Assembly (NCBI RefSeq): GCF_988243305.1
Contig: NZ_OZ547136.1
Length of the DNA: 64,000 nucleotides
Reading direction: 5' to 3' (one strand)
In this document: piece by piece, positions 15,103 to 23,518 of the stretch
How the letters are laid out: each line of letters starts with the position of its first letter
Numbering within the stretch: the first letter of the stretch is position 1
The notes under the pieces: model-generated
What the model saw: the letters and a program-made list of their open reading frames with translations, nothing else
Databases searched by the model: none
Told to the model about the DNA's origin: nothing
Position numbers and translations under genes: made by a program

Positions 15103-15678
15103 GGGACTTAGCCTGCGGCGGTTTTGTTTGGCTTCAGCAGCGGGTTGCGCTCCCTTAATGTGCCTCGCCATATAAATTGAATGGTGCAGGGGGCGGCCAA
15201 TCGCCGCCACCCCCTGCACCCCGGGCTCTGGCGAACAAAATCGCCGCTGCGCGGTACCTTCAGCTTATCCCCTTCGGCTACCGGGTCGGGCGCGAGGTAA
15301 TGTCCTATAAGACGCGCCCTCAGCCCACATCCATGTGGGCTGCCCTGGCCTTCGGGGAACGCTTCAGCGACTTTGACGCCACCAACACCCGAGCTGTTAT
15401 TATGTTCCGGGCAAAAAGTTAGATTTGATAATCGCGGATGGACGAAATTGCTTGATACACCCGCTTATCAGTTTTACATGGAAGCTCTGATGCATTGAGT
15501 CTGGACAGTTTTGTCGGCTGGATAAGGCGTTTACGCGGCATCTGGCAAGAACACATGGCTCGTTGTAAACAATCCCATCTTTGTACCTGGAATAATCGTT
15601 TATATCCCTTGCCATTACCTCTCTTTGTTTACATTCCAACATCATTTTATAAACATTCCGCTTGTATTTTTCTTTGCC

Positions 15679-15697
15679 GTAATGATAATCGCTATCA
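15679..15697. promoter_or_regulatory. Fur-box-like sequence upstream of efeU
   Basis: gtaatgataatcgctatca resembles the GATAATGATAATCATTATC Fur consensus; efeUOB is known to be Fur-regulated. Confidence 0.45.
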
Positions 15698-15755
15698 CTG
15701 CGATTTACTTTTCTTTGCATAGATTGACTCAGAAAAACGTTTAAGGGTGGGTGGC

Positions 15756-16586
15756 ATGTTTGTTCCATTTCTCATTATGTTGCGCGAAGGACTTGAAGCC
15801 GCGCTGATTGTCAGTTTGATTGCCAGCTATCTTAAGCGTACCCAGCGAGGCCGATGGATTGGTGTGATGTGGATTGGCGTGTTGCTTGCCGCTGCGTTGT
15901 GCCTGGGCTTGGGTATCTTCATTAACGAAACCACCGGCGAATTTCCGCAAAAAGAACAGGAACTGTTTGAAGGTATCGTGGCGGTGATCGCCGTGGTGAT
16001 CCTTACCTGGATGGTTTTCTGGATGCGCAAAGTGTCGCGCAACGTCAAAGTACAACTGGAGCAGGCAGTCGATAGCGCATTGCAGCGTGGGAATCATCAT
16101 GGCTGGGCGCTGGTGATGATGGTCTTTTTTGCCGTTGCAAGGGAGGGGCTGGAGTCGGTCTTTTTCCTGCTGGCGGCGTTTCAACAAGATGTCGGGATCT
16201 GGCCGCCGCTGGGTGCAATGCTCGGTCTTGCTACAGCCGTGGTGCTCGGCTTCCTGCTCTACTGGGGCGGTATTCGCCTCAATCTTGGTGCATTTTTTAA
16301 ATGGACCAGCCTGTTTATTCTCTTCGTCGCCGCAGGGCTGGCGGCTGGTGCCATTCGCGCATTTCATGAAGCCGGATTGTGGAACCACTTTCAGGAAATC
16401 GCCTTCGATATGAGCGCGGTGCTCTCAACTCACTCGCTGTTTGGCACGCTGATGGAAGGGATTTTTGGCTATCAGGAAGCGCCGAGCGTCAGCGAAGTCG
16501 CCGTCTGGTTTATTTATCTCATCCCGGCGCTGGTGGCATTTGCTCTGCCACCACGCGCAGGGGCGACAGCGTCTCGCTCCGCGTAA
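15756..16586 (+). CDS. efeU: ferrous iron permease EfeU (Ftr1 family), uninterrupted
   Basis: ORF 15747..16586; Met at 15756 gives MFVPFLIMLREGLEAALIV... with two REGLE motifs (REGLEAA, REGLESV). No frameshift, unlike the K-12 allele. Confidence 0.9.
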   Translation: MFVPFLIMLREGLEAALIVSLIASYLKRTQRGRWIGVMWIGVLLAAALCLGLGIFINETTGEFPQKEQELFEGIVAVIAVVILTWMVFWMRKVSRNVKVQLEQAVDSALQRGNHHGWALVMMVFFAVAREGLESVFFLLAAFQQDVGIWPPLGAMLGLATAVVLGFLLYWGGIRLNLGAFFKWTSLFILFVAAGLAAGAIRAFHEAGLWNHFQEIAFDMSAVLSTHSLFGTLMEGIFGYQEAPSVSEVAVWFIYLIPALVAFALPPRAGATASRSA

Positions 16587-16643
16587 CAAATACGACGCAA
16601 ACTCTTGCTTAGTTACAACATACTTTAAAGGGATAGTCTCGTC

Positions 16644-17771
16644 ATGACCATTAACTTCCGCCGTAACGCATTGCAGTTTAGCGTGGCTGCGCTGTTCTCT
16701 TCTGCTTTTATGGCTAACGCCGCTGATATTCCGCAGGTCAAAGTCACTGTGACAGATAAACAGTGCGAACCGATGACCATTACGGTTAACGCCGGGAAAA
16801 CACAGTTCATTATTCAGAACCACAGCCAGAAGGCGCTGGAGTGGGAGATCCTCAAAGGCGTGATGGTGGTGGAAGAGCGGGAAAATATCGCCCCTGGTTT
16901 TAGCCAGAAAATGACGGCGAATTTACAGCCTGGCGAATACGATATGACCTGCGGTCTGCTGACTAACCCGAAAGGGAAGTTGATCGTCAAAGGTGAGGCA
17001 ACGGCGGATGCGGCGCAAAGTGATGCGCTGTTAAGTCTTGGTGGTGCAATTACTGCATATAAAGCGTATGTCATGGCGGAAACCACACAGCTGGTGACCG
17101 ACACCAAAGCCTTTACCGACGCGATTAAAGCAGGCGATATCGAAAAAGCGAAAGCACTGTATGCACCGACGCGCCAGCACTATGAGCGCATTGAACCGAT
17201 TGCTGAATTGTTCTCCGATCTGGATGGCAGCATTGACGCCCGTGAAGATGATTACGAGCAAAAAGCCGCCGATCCGAAATTCACCGGTTTCCACCGTCTG
17301 GAAAAAGCATTGTTTGGCGACAACACCACCAAAGGGATGGATAAGTACGCTGACCAGCTTTATACCGATGTGGTCGATTTGCAAAAACGCATCAGTGAAC
17401 TGGCTTTCCCACCTTCAAAAGTGGTCGGCGGTGCAGCCGGACTGATTGAGGAAGTGGCAGCCAGCAAAATCAGCGGTGAAGAAGATCGCTACAGCCACAC
17501 CGATCTGTGGGATTTCCAGGCTAACGTTGAAGGCTCGCAGAAAATTGTCGATCTACTGCGTCCACAACTGCAAAAAGCCAACCCGGAACTGTTGGCAAAA
17601 GTCGATGCCAACTTTAAAAAGGTCGATACCATTCTGGCGAAATACCGTACTAAAGACGGTTTTGAAACCTACGACAAATTGACCGATGCCGACCGGAATG
17701 CACTGAAAGGACCGATTACTGCGCTGGCGGAAGATCTGGCGCAACTTCGCGGTGTGCTGGGACTGGATTAA
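16644..17771 (+). CDS. efeO: periplasmic iron-uptake protein EfeO (cupredoxin + peptidase M75 domains)
   Basis: 375-aa ORF with a signal peptide; operon position. Confidence 0.9.
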   Translation: MTINFRRNALQFSVAALFSSAFMANAADIPQVKVTVTDKQCEPMTITVNAGKTQFIIQNHSQKALEWEILKGVMVVEERENIAPGFSQKMTANLQPGEYDMTCGLLTNPKGKLIVKGEATADAAQSDALLSLGGAITAYKAYVMAETTQLVTDTKAFTDAIKAGDIEKAKALYAPTRQHYERIEPIAELFSDLDGSIDAREDDYEQKAADPKFTGFHRLEKALFGDNTTKGMDKYADQLYTDVVDLQKRISELAFPPSKVVGGAAGLIEEVAASKISGEEDRYSHTDLWDFQANVEGSQKIVDLLRPQLQKANPELLAKVDANFKKVDTILAKYRTKDGFETYDKLTDADRNALKGPITALAEDLAQLRGVLGLD

Positions 17772-17776
17772 ACGTT

Positions 17777-19048
17777 ATGCAGTATAAAGATGAAAACGGC
17801 GTGAATGAACCGTCACGCCGACGTTTACTGAAAGGGATTGGTGCACTGGCGCTGGCGGGAAGTTGTCCGGTCGCTCATGCACAAAAAACGCAAAGTGCGC
17901 CGGGTACGCTTTCACCGTATGCACGCAATGAGAAACAGCCGTTTTATGGTGAGCATCAGGCAGGGATCCTGACACCACAACAGGCTGCAATGATGCTGGT
18001 GGCGTTTGATGTGCTTGCCAGCGATAAAGCCGATCTTGAACGGTTGTTTCGCTTGTTGACTCAGCGTTTTGCTTTTCTGACTCAGGGCGGAGCGGCACCA
18101 GAAACGCCAAATCCGCGCCTGCCACCACTCGATTCCGGCATTCTTGGCGGCTACATTGCGCCCGATAATCTCACCATCACGTTATCGGTGGGTCACTCAT
18201 TGTTTGATGAGCGCTTTGGCCTTGCGCCACAGATGCCAAAAAAGTTGCAGAAGATGACGCGTTTCCCTAATGACTCGCTGGATGCGGCGTTATGTCATGG
18301 TGATGTGTTGCTACAAATTTGCGCCAACACCCAGGATACGGTGATCCATGCGCTGCGCGATATCATCAAACACACGCCGGATTTGCTCAGTGTGCGCTGG
18401 AAGCGGGAAGGGTTTATTTCCGATCACGCGGCGCGTAGTAAAGGCAAAGAGACGCCGATAAATTTGCTGGGTTTCAAAGACGGCACTGCCAATCCCGATA
18501 GCCAGAATGATAAGTTGATGCAACAAGTGGTGTGGGTGACGGCAGATCAGCAGGAGCCTGCGTGGACAATCGGCGGCAGCTACCAGGCGGTGCGGTTGAT
18601 TCAGTTTCGGGTGGAGTTTTGGGACAGAACGCCACTGAAAGAACAGCAGACGATTTTTGGTCGCGACAAACAAACCGGTGCGCCGCTGGGAATGCAGCAT
18701 GAGCATGATGTTCCCGATTACGCCAGCGATCCGGAGGGGAAGGTGATTGCGCTGGACAGCCATATCCGGCTGGCGAATCCCCGCACGCCAGAGAGTGAGT
18801 CCAGCCTGATGCTGCGTCGTGGCTACAGTTATTCGTTGGGCGTCACCAACTCCGGACAACTGGATATGGGGCTACTGTTTGTCTGTTACCAACACGATCT
18901 GGAAAAAGGCTTCCTGACAGTACAAAAAAGGCTCAATGGCGAAGCGCTGGAGGAATACGTTAAACCTATCGGCGGCGGTTATTTTTTTGCGCTGCCGGGG
19001 GTGAAGGACACGAACGATTATCTGGGAAGGGCGCTATTACAGGTTTGA
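17777..19048 (+). CDS. efeB: Tat-exported DyP-type haem peroxidase / deferrochelatase EfeB
   Basis: 423-aa ORF with twin-arginine signal [16 protein letters not shown]; DyP-like C-terminus. Confidence 0.9.
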   Translation: MQYKDENGVNEPSRRRLLKGIGALALAGSCPVAHAQKTQSAPGTLSPYARNEKQPFYGEHQAGILTPQQAAMMLVAFDVLASDKADLERLFRLLTQRFAFLTQGGAAPETPNPRLPPLDSGILGGYIAPDNLTITLSVGHSLFDERFGLAPQMPKKLQKMTRFPNDSLDAALCHGDVLLQICANTQDTVIHALRDIIKHTPDLLSVRWKREGFISDHAARSKGKETPINLLGFKDGTANPDSQNDKLMQQVVWVTADQQEPAWTIGGSYQAVRLIQFRVEFWDRTPLKEQQTIFGRDKQTGAPLGMQHEHDVPDYASDPEGKVIALDSHIRLANPRTPESESSLMLRRGYSYSLGVTNSGQLDMGLLFVCYQHDLEKGFLTVQKRLNGEALEEYVKPIGGGYFFALPGVKDTNDYLGRALLQV

Positions 19049-19059
19049 ACGACGCAAAT

Positions 19060-19086
19060 ATGCCCGATGCGCAGGTTTATCGGGCA
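19060..19086 (+). terminator. hairpin after efeB
   Basis: atgcccgat-gcgcaggtt-tatcgggcat inverted repeat just after the efeB stop. Confidence 0.5.
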
Positions 19087-19116
19087 TGAGTTTGGTGCAC
19101 AAATTATTAATCACTT

Positions 19117-19153
19117 GTAGGTCGGGTAAGGCGTTCACGCCGCATCCGGCAAG
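19117..19153. repeat. REP (repetitive extragenic palindrome) element
   Basis: gtaggtcgggtaaggcgttcacgccgcatccggcaag matches the E. coli REP consensus type. Confidence 0.65.
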
Positions 19154-19203
19154 CTTTTACCAGTACTGCGAATCCTGCTGAAAGCACACAGCTTTTTTCA
19201 TCT

Positions 19204-19221
19204 CTGTCATCACTCTGTCAT
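19204..19221 (+). promoter_or_regulatory. Pho box (PhoB binding site) of the phoH promoter
   Basis: ctgtcatcactctgtcat is two direct CTGTCAT repeats at 11-bp spacing upstream of phoH. Confidence 0.6.
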
Positions 19222-19370
19222 CTTTCCAGTAGAAACTAATGTCACCGAAATGGGTGTTTATCGTTAAATATAAGTGAATATATTGTTGCAATGAATGCGA
19301 GATCTGTTGTACTTATTAAGTAGCAGCGGAAGTTCCCGGCAGTGATAGTCAGTCACTATGGAGATCGCGG

Positions 19371-20435
19371 ATGGTAACGTCCTGTACTGGACATGTTTTA
19401 GATAATCAGCGCGCCACCACTCGCGGAGATTTCTCCTCCGGTAGTCATCTCGTCACTTTGTATTTTCAACCTCATCCTTTCTTTTCATGTGTTACCGACG
19501 CCGTAAACGGTGCGCGTAGCCGTTTTTCGGCATTTTATCCAAAAGCAAACTATGGCTTACAAGGAAGCCAACCCTCTGATGTTCGTGCGCATAATCGCGC
19601 TGCCAACGGCGCGTGTGATGAATACAAACAACTCAAGGTGCTCTCCATGGGAAGACAAAAAGCAGTGATCAAAGCTCGTCGCGAGGCAAAACGTGTGCTG
19701 AGACGGGATTCGCGCAGCCATAAGCAGCGTGAAGAAGAATCGGTCACCTCGCTTGTGCAGATGAGCGGCGTAGAAGCCATTGGTATGGCCCGCGACAGTC
19801 GCGATACCTCGCCCATCCTCGCGCGAAATGAAGCGCAATTGCACTATCTGAAGGCTATTGAGAGTAAGCAGCTGATATTCGCCACGGGCGAAGCCGGGTG
19901 CGGAAAAACCTGGATCAGCGCAGCAAAAGCGGCAGAGGCCCTGATACATAAGGATGTCGACAGGATTATCGTCACCCGTCCAGTTCTGCAAGCCGATGAA
20001 GATCTTGGCTTCTTACCTGGAGATATCGCAGAAAAGTTTGCTCCCTATTTTCGTCCGGTCTACGACGTGCTGGTCCGGCGCTTAGGGGCTTCCTTTATGC
20101 AGTACTGCCTGCGACCGGAAATAGGGAAGGTGGAAATTGCGCCGTTCGCCTATATGCGTGGACGTACCTTTGAAAATGCAGTCGTCATTCTTGACGAGGC
20201 GCAGAATGTGACTGCCGCGCAAATGAAAATGTTTTTAACCCGCCTCGGGGAGAACGTGACGGTTATCGTCAACGGTGATATCACGCAATGCGATTTGCCT
20301 CGCGGCGTGCGCTCCGGATTAAGTGACGCGCTGGAACGTTTCGAAGAAGATGAAATGGTCGGGATCGTCCGATTCGGTAAAGAGGATTGCGTACGTTCGG
20401 CACTTTGCCAACGTACGCTACATGCATACAGTTAA
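19371..20435 (+). CDS. phoH: phosphate-starvation-inducible ATPase PhoH
   Basis: 354-aa ORF with Walker A GEAGCGKT and Walker B VILDEAQN; recognised as PhoH. Confidence 0.9.
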   Translation: MVTSCTGHVLDNQRATTRGDFSSGSHLVTLYFQPHPFFSCVTDAVNGARSRFSAFYPKANYGLQGSQPSDVRAHNRAANGACDEYKQLKVLSMGRQKAVIKARREAKRVLRRDSRSHKQREEESVTSLVQMSGVEAIGMARDSRDTSPILARNEAQLHYLKAIESKQLIFATGEAGCGKTWISAAKAAEALIHKDVDRIIVTRPVLQADEDLGFLPGDIAEKFAPYFRPVYDVLVRRLGASFMQYCLRPEIGKVEIAPFAYMRGRTFENAVVILDEAQNVTAAQMKMFLTRLGENVTVIVNGDITQCDLPRGVRSGLSDALERFEEDEMVGIVRFGKEDCVRSALCQRTLHAYS

Positions 20436-20451
20436 GTGTATTATCGGCGCA

Positions 20452-20477
20452 GAGCCCGGGCGAACCGGGCTTTGTTT
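20452..20477 (+). terminator. rho-independent terminator after phoH
   Basis: agcccgg-gcgaa-ccgggct followed by ttgtttt. Confidence 0.6.
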
Positions 20478-20997
20478 TATTTCATTAACAGCAAAGACTT
20501 TCACTTCAGGTTAACGTTCTGGGGGGCGACTTTGAGCGTGTTGATAAGCTGAAATGAATTCTGGTTTAGATACTTTTACCAGGCATTTTTCGTCATAGCA
20601 CGCGACCAATGTAATGCCGCCAGCGCGGAGAGTTTTTTGCCTATCTTTTTCCAGCCATTCAACCTGTACAGGAGGTCTGGTGCCAATTTTGCGTATGAGG
20701 TTTAATCAACAATGGGCCAAAATTTGACTGACTGATTAACACCGAATATATTCTCCTGATTTTATTTTTTAGGGATAATATTAAAAATATAAGGTTAATC
20801 TTAATTAAATTTTTGGCTAATATTGTGTGTTGTTATTTTTTGTGGACGGCAAGCCGCAATGGCAAAATAGGTATGGTTGTAATAATCAAAACATGATACT
20901 AACTATATATAGATCGTTGAATTGTTGGCATGTAACTCGCTACAGCGAGTAGCGTTAGTAATGAAATATAATCAACATGGATAGGTGAAGATTAATT

Positions 20998-21684
20998 ATG
21001 AGCTTTATGGTTTTTGTAACTTGTTTGACAATTGCATTTGTCGCCGGTTTTGCTGTTGCCAGAAAATTGACACTCCGAAAAGTTGCCTCATCGGTAATCA
21101 TCACTAGATCGCAACCAGTCCCTTCCTCTGCAACTTCCCCTGCTGCTAAGGCGTCGACAAGGAGCTATACACCGCAGAAAACCTATCGTGACTCTCGTTG
21201 GCAAGAACGAGATGAGTTGTTCCAGGGAATGGTTGCCGAAGGTATTTTATTGGAAGGAAAAGAGTGGTTAATTACGCGTTGTGAAAAAATTTATTTTGAT
21301 AATCTGGAGAAATGGTTTGGACATTCTTGTCATATCCATTGCCAGGTCTCTCTGGGGCGCTTGATCAACTTTCCAGAACAACCCGAGTTTAGCGAAGAAG
21401 AAAGAAAGCGTTTCTTTGCAATTTATAATGGAATGGCAATGGATTATGTTCTGGTTTCAAAGAAGAACAATAAAATAGTCTGTGTTATTGAGCTGGATGA
21501 GCCGAGTCATGAAAGGGCAGATCGCATTATTCGTGACCGTTGGTTGAATACGATTATGACTATTGCACGGGTGCCTTTTGTACGAGCTTCTGTCACTAAA
21601 TTGGATGAAATCCCTCCGGTCTGGGATACCCGTGACAAAATTCGCCCATTAGCCGCGGCGACAAAGGGTGAACCGTTGCATTAA
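20998..21684 (+). CDS. membrane-anchored DUF2726-like (PD-(D/E)xK nuclease-fold) protein
   Basis: 228-aa ORF. N-terminal hydrophobic helix MSFMVFVTCLTIAFVAGFAVA. C-terminal DYVLVSKKNNKIVCVIELDEPSHERADRIIRDRWLNTIMTIARVPFVRA fits the DUF2726 pattern as I recall it. Preceded by a very AT-rich leader. Confidence 0.6.
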   Translation: MSFMVFVTCLTIAFVAGFAVARKLTLRKVASSVIITRSQPVPSSATSPAAKASTRSYTPQKTYRDSRWQERDELFQGMVAEGILLEGKEWLITRCEKIYFDNLEKWFGHSCHIHCQVSLGRLINFPEQPEFSEEERKRFFAIYNGMAMDYVLVSKKNNKIVCVIELDEPSHERADRIIRDRWLNTIMTIARVPFVRASVTKLDEIPPVWDTRDKIRPLAAATKGEPLH

Positions 21685-21690
21685 CTAAGT

Positions 21691-21790
21691 ACCCCGGTCA
21701 GGGCTTCTCATCTCCCCCGGTGTGTGCAATATACGAAAAAAAAGCCCGTACCTTCGTACGAGCTCTTCTTTAAAGATGGCGGTGAGGGGG
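21691..21790. repeat. direct repeat copy A: terminator-containing flank ending in an antisense tRNA-Ser 3'-end-like core (putative att)
   Basis: About 100 bp, near-identical to 21872..21969. Ends in tggcggtgaggggggatt, the reverse complement of the 3' end of tRNA-Ser (serX/serW type) as I remember it. Contains a minus-strand hairpin plus T-run (gagctcgtacgaaggtacgggcTTTTTTTT). Confidence 0.75.
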
Positions 21791-21871
21791 GATTGACTCG
21801 CTTCGCTCGCCCTGCGGGCAGCCCGCTCACTGCGTTCACGGTCTGTCCAACTGGCTGTCGCCAGTTGTCGA

Positions 21872-21969
21872 ACCCCGGTCGGGGCTTCTCATCCCCCTGT
21901 GTGTGCAATATACGAAAAAAAAGCCCGTACCTTCGTACGAGCTCTTCTTTAAAGATGGCGGTGAGGGGG
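21872..21969. repeat. direct repeat copy B of the putative att/flank repeat
   Basis: The last ~70 bp are identical to copy A. Ends in tggcggtgaggggga and is followed within 160 bp by the integrase start. Confidence 0.75.
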
Positions 21970-22129
21970 ACCGCCTGAAATAAATCTGACTTAATCCAGG
22001 GGTGTTATATAATTTCATTATAAACAATGTATTACACTTTTTGTTGTCCGATATTATCTAATGTATTCTTAGTGAAGCGAGAGACTAATGGCATACTGGA
22101 TGGCATACCAGAGTGACGGGAATTAGCGT

Positions 22130-23332
22130 ATGGCAGTATTGACGGATACGAAAGCAAGACATATCAAACCTGATGACAAACCATTGCCCCATGGGGGAAT
22201 TACCGGACTGACCCTTCATCCTTCTTCAGTAAAGGGGCGGGGGAAATGGGTTTTTCGTTATGTAAGTCCGGTGACACAAAAAAGACGTAATGCTGGATTG
22301 GGAACTTACCCAGAGGTCAGTATTGCTGAAGCTGCACGTACTGCCCGGATAATGCGAGAGCAACTTGCTGCAGGTGATGATCCTCTGGAGATTAAAAAGG
22401 CTGAATCTGAGAAAGTCGCTATCCCAACATTTGCCGATGCAGCCAGGCGTGTACATGCAGAACTGTCTCCTGGATGGGAAAATCCAAAGCATGTAAGGCA
22501 GTGGTTATCGACGCTTGAGAATTACGCGTTTCCTCAACTGGGAGCAAAAACGCTGGATTCGATTACGGCTGCGGACGTGGCAGAAACACTGCGTCCAGTC
22601 TGGTTAACCTTATCAGAAACGGCAAGCCGGGTTAAACAGCGCATTCATGTTGTTATGCAGTGGGGATGGGCGCACGGTTTTTGTGTAGCAAATCCTGTTG
22701 ATGTGGTTGACCATTTGCTTCCTCAGCAGACAAGAGGACGTGATGAACACCAACCCGCAATGCCCTGGAGGCAGTTACCGCTTTTTGTGGCGACCAGTGT
22801 GTATACCGATGAACCTTATAATGTTACCCGCGCACTGTTATTAATGGTGATACTTACAGCAACTCGCTCGGGCGAAGCCAGGGGAATGCGCTGGGCTGAA
22901 ATTGATTTTCATAAGCGGGTATGGACTATACCTGCAGAAAGAATGAAAGCTAGGCTACAGCATCGTGTTCCTTTATCCCGGCAGGCTATTTACATTCTGG
23001 AAAATATACGTGGCCTGCATGATGAACTGGTGTTCCCTTCACCCAGAAAGCAGCAGATCCTTTCCGATATGGTGTTGACAAGTTTTCTGCGTAAAAAGAA
23101 AGCCGTCAGTGACATTCCGGGGCGAGTTGCCACGGCACATGGTTTTCGCTCAACATTCAGGGACTGGTGTAGCGAACAGGGGTATTCGCGGGATCTGGCG
23201 GAAAGGGCGCTCGCTCATACGCTGAAAAATAAGGTTGAGGCGGCATATCATCGTACTGATCTACTGGAGCAGCGTGTACCGATGATGCAGGCATGGGCGG
23301 ATTATGTGATGTCTCAAATTGTGAATAAATAA
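22130..23332 (+). CDS. int: P4/CP4-57-type tyrosine integrase
   Basis: 400-aa ORF. N-terminal DUF4102-like LTDTKARHIKPDDKPLPHGGITGLTLHP...GKWVFRY. Catalytic R (TATRSGEARGMRW), HxxR (HGFRSTFRDW) and Y (VEAAYHRTD). Confidence 0.9.
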   Translation: MAVLTDTKARHIKPDDKPLPHGGITGLTLHPSSVKGRGKWVFRYVSPVTQKRRNAGLGTYPEVSIAEAARTARIMREQLAAGDDPLEIKKAESEKVAIPTFADAARRVHAELSPGWENPKHVRQWLSTLENYAFPQLGAKTLDSITAADVAETLRPVWLTLSETASRVKQRIHVVMQWGWAHGFCVANPVDVVDHLLPQQTRGRDEHQPAMPWRQLPLFVATSVYTDEPYNVTRALLLMVILTATRSGEARGMRWAEIDFHKRVWTIPAERMKARLQHRVPLSRQAIYILENIRGLHDELVFPSPRKQQILSDMVLTSFLRKKKAVSDIPGRVATAHGFRSTFRDWCSEQGYSRDLAERALAHTLKNKVEAAYHRTDLLEQRVPMMQAWADYVMSQIVNK

Positions 23333-23518
23333 TAGTGAAAATGTATATTGTACGATCATGATTTGATATGTGATCGTAGCAGTAGTAATTAAGAAACCGC
23401 TTTTATGTCAAATGTATTGAGCTGATAATTATCAGATCGTCAGGAAAGCGTATTTTGATTAACAGGGGATTACTTAACAATCCCCTTTTTATAAAAAATA
23501 ATTTGCCTGTTTAACTCT

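Noticed and set aside
15177-15422. 81-aa ORF and a strong GC hairpin (ggtgcagggggcggc ... gccgccaccccctgcacc, ~15183-15220) in the putP-efeU intergenic region
   Set aside because: The ORF has no RBS and a Pro/Ala/Gly-rich translation, so I do not call it a gene. The hairpin-rich GC stretch could be an extragenic repeat or a decayed gene remnant, but I cannot assign it to a known repeat family from memory.
15741-16388. 215-aa minus-strand ORF overlapping efeU
   Set aside because: It is antisense to the Ftr1-family permease, and its His/Gln/Pro-rich translation has no family resemblance.
21708-22027. Three small ORFs (66, 84, 63 aa) across the att-like repeats
   Set aside because: They run through the duplicated terminator/tRNA-core repeats and the hairpin spacer. 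Their similarity to each other is explained by the DNA repeat, not by coding.
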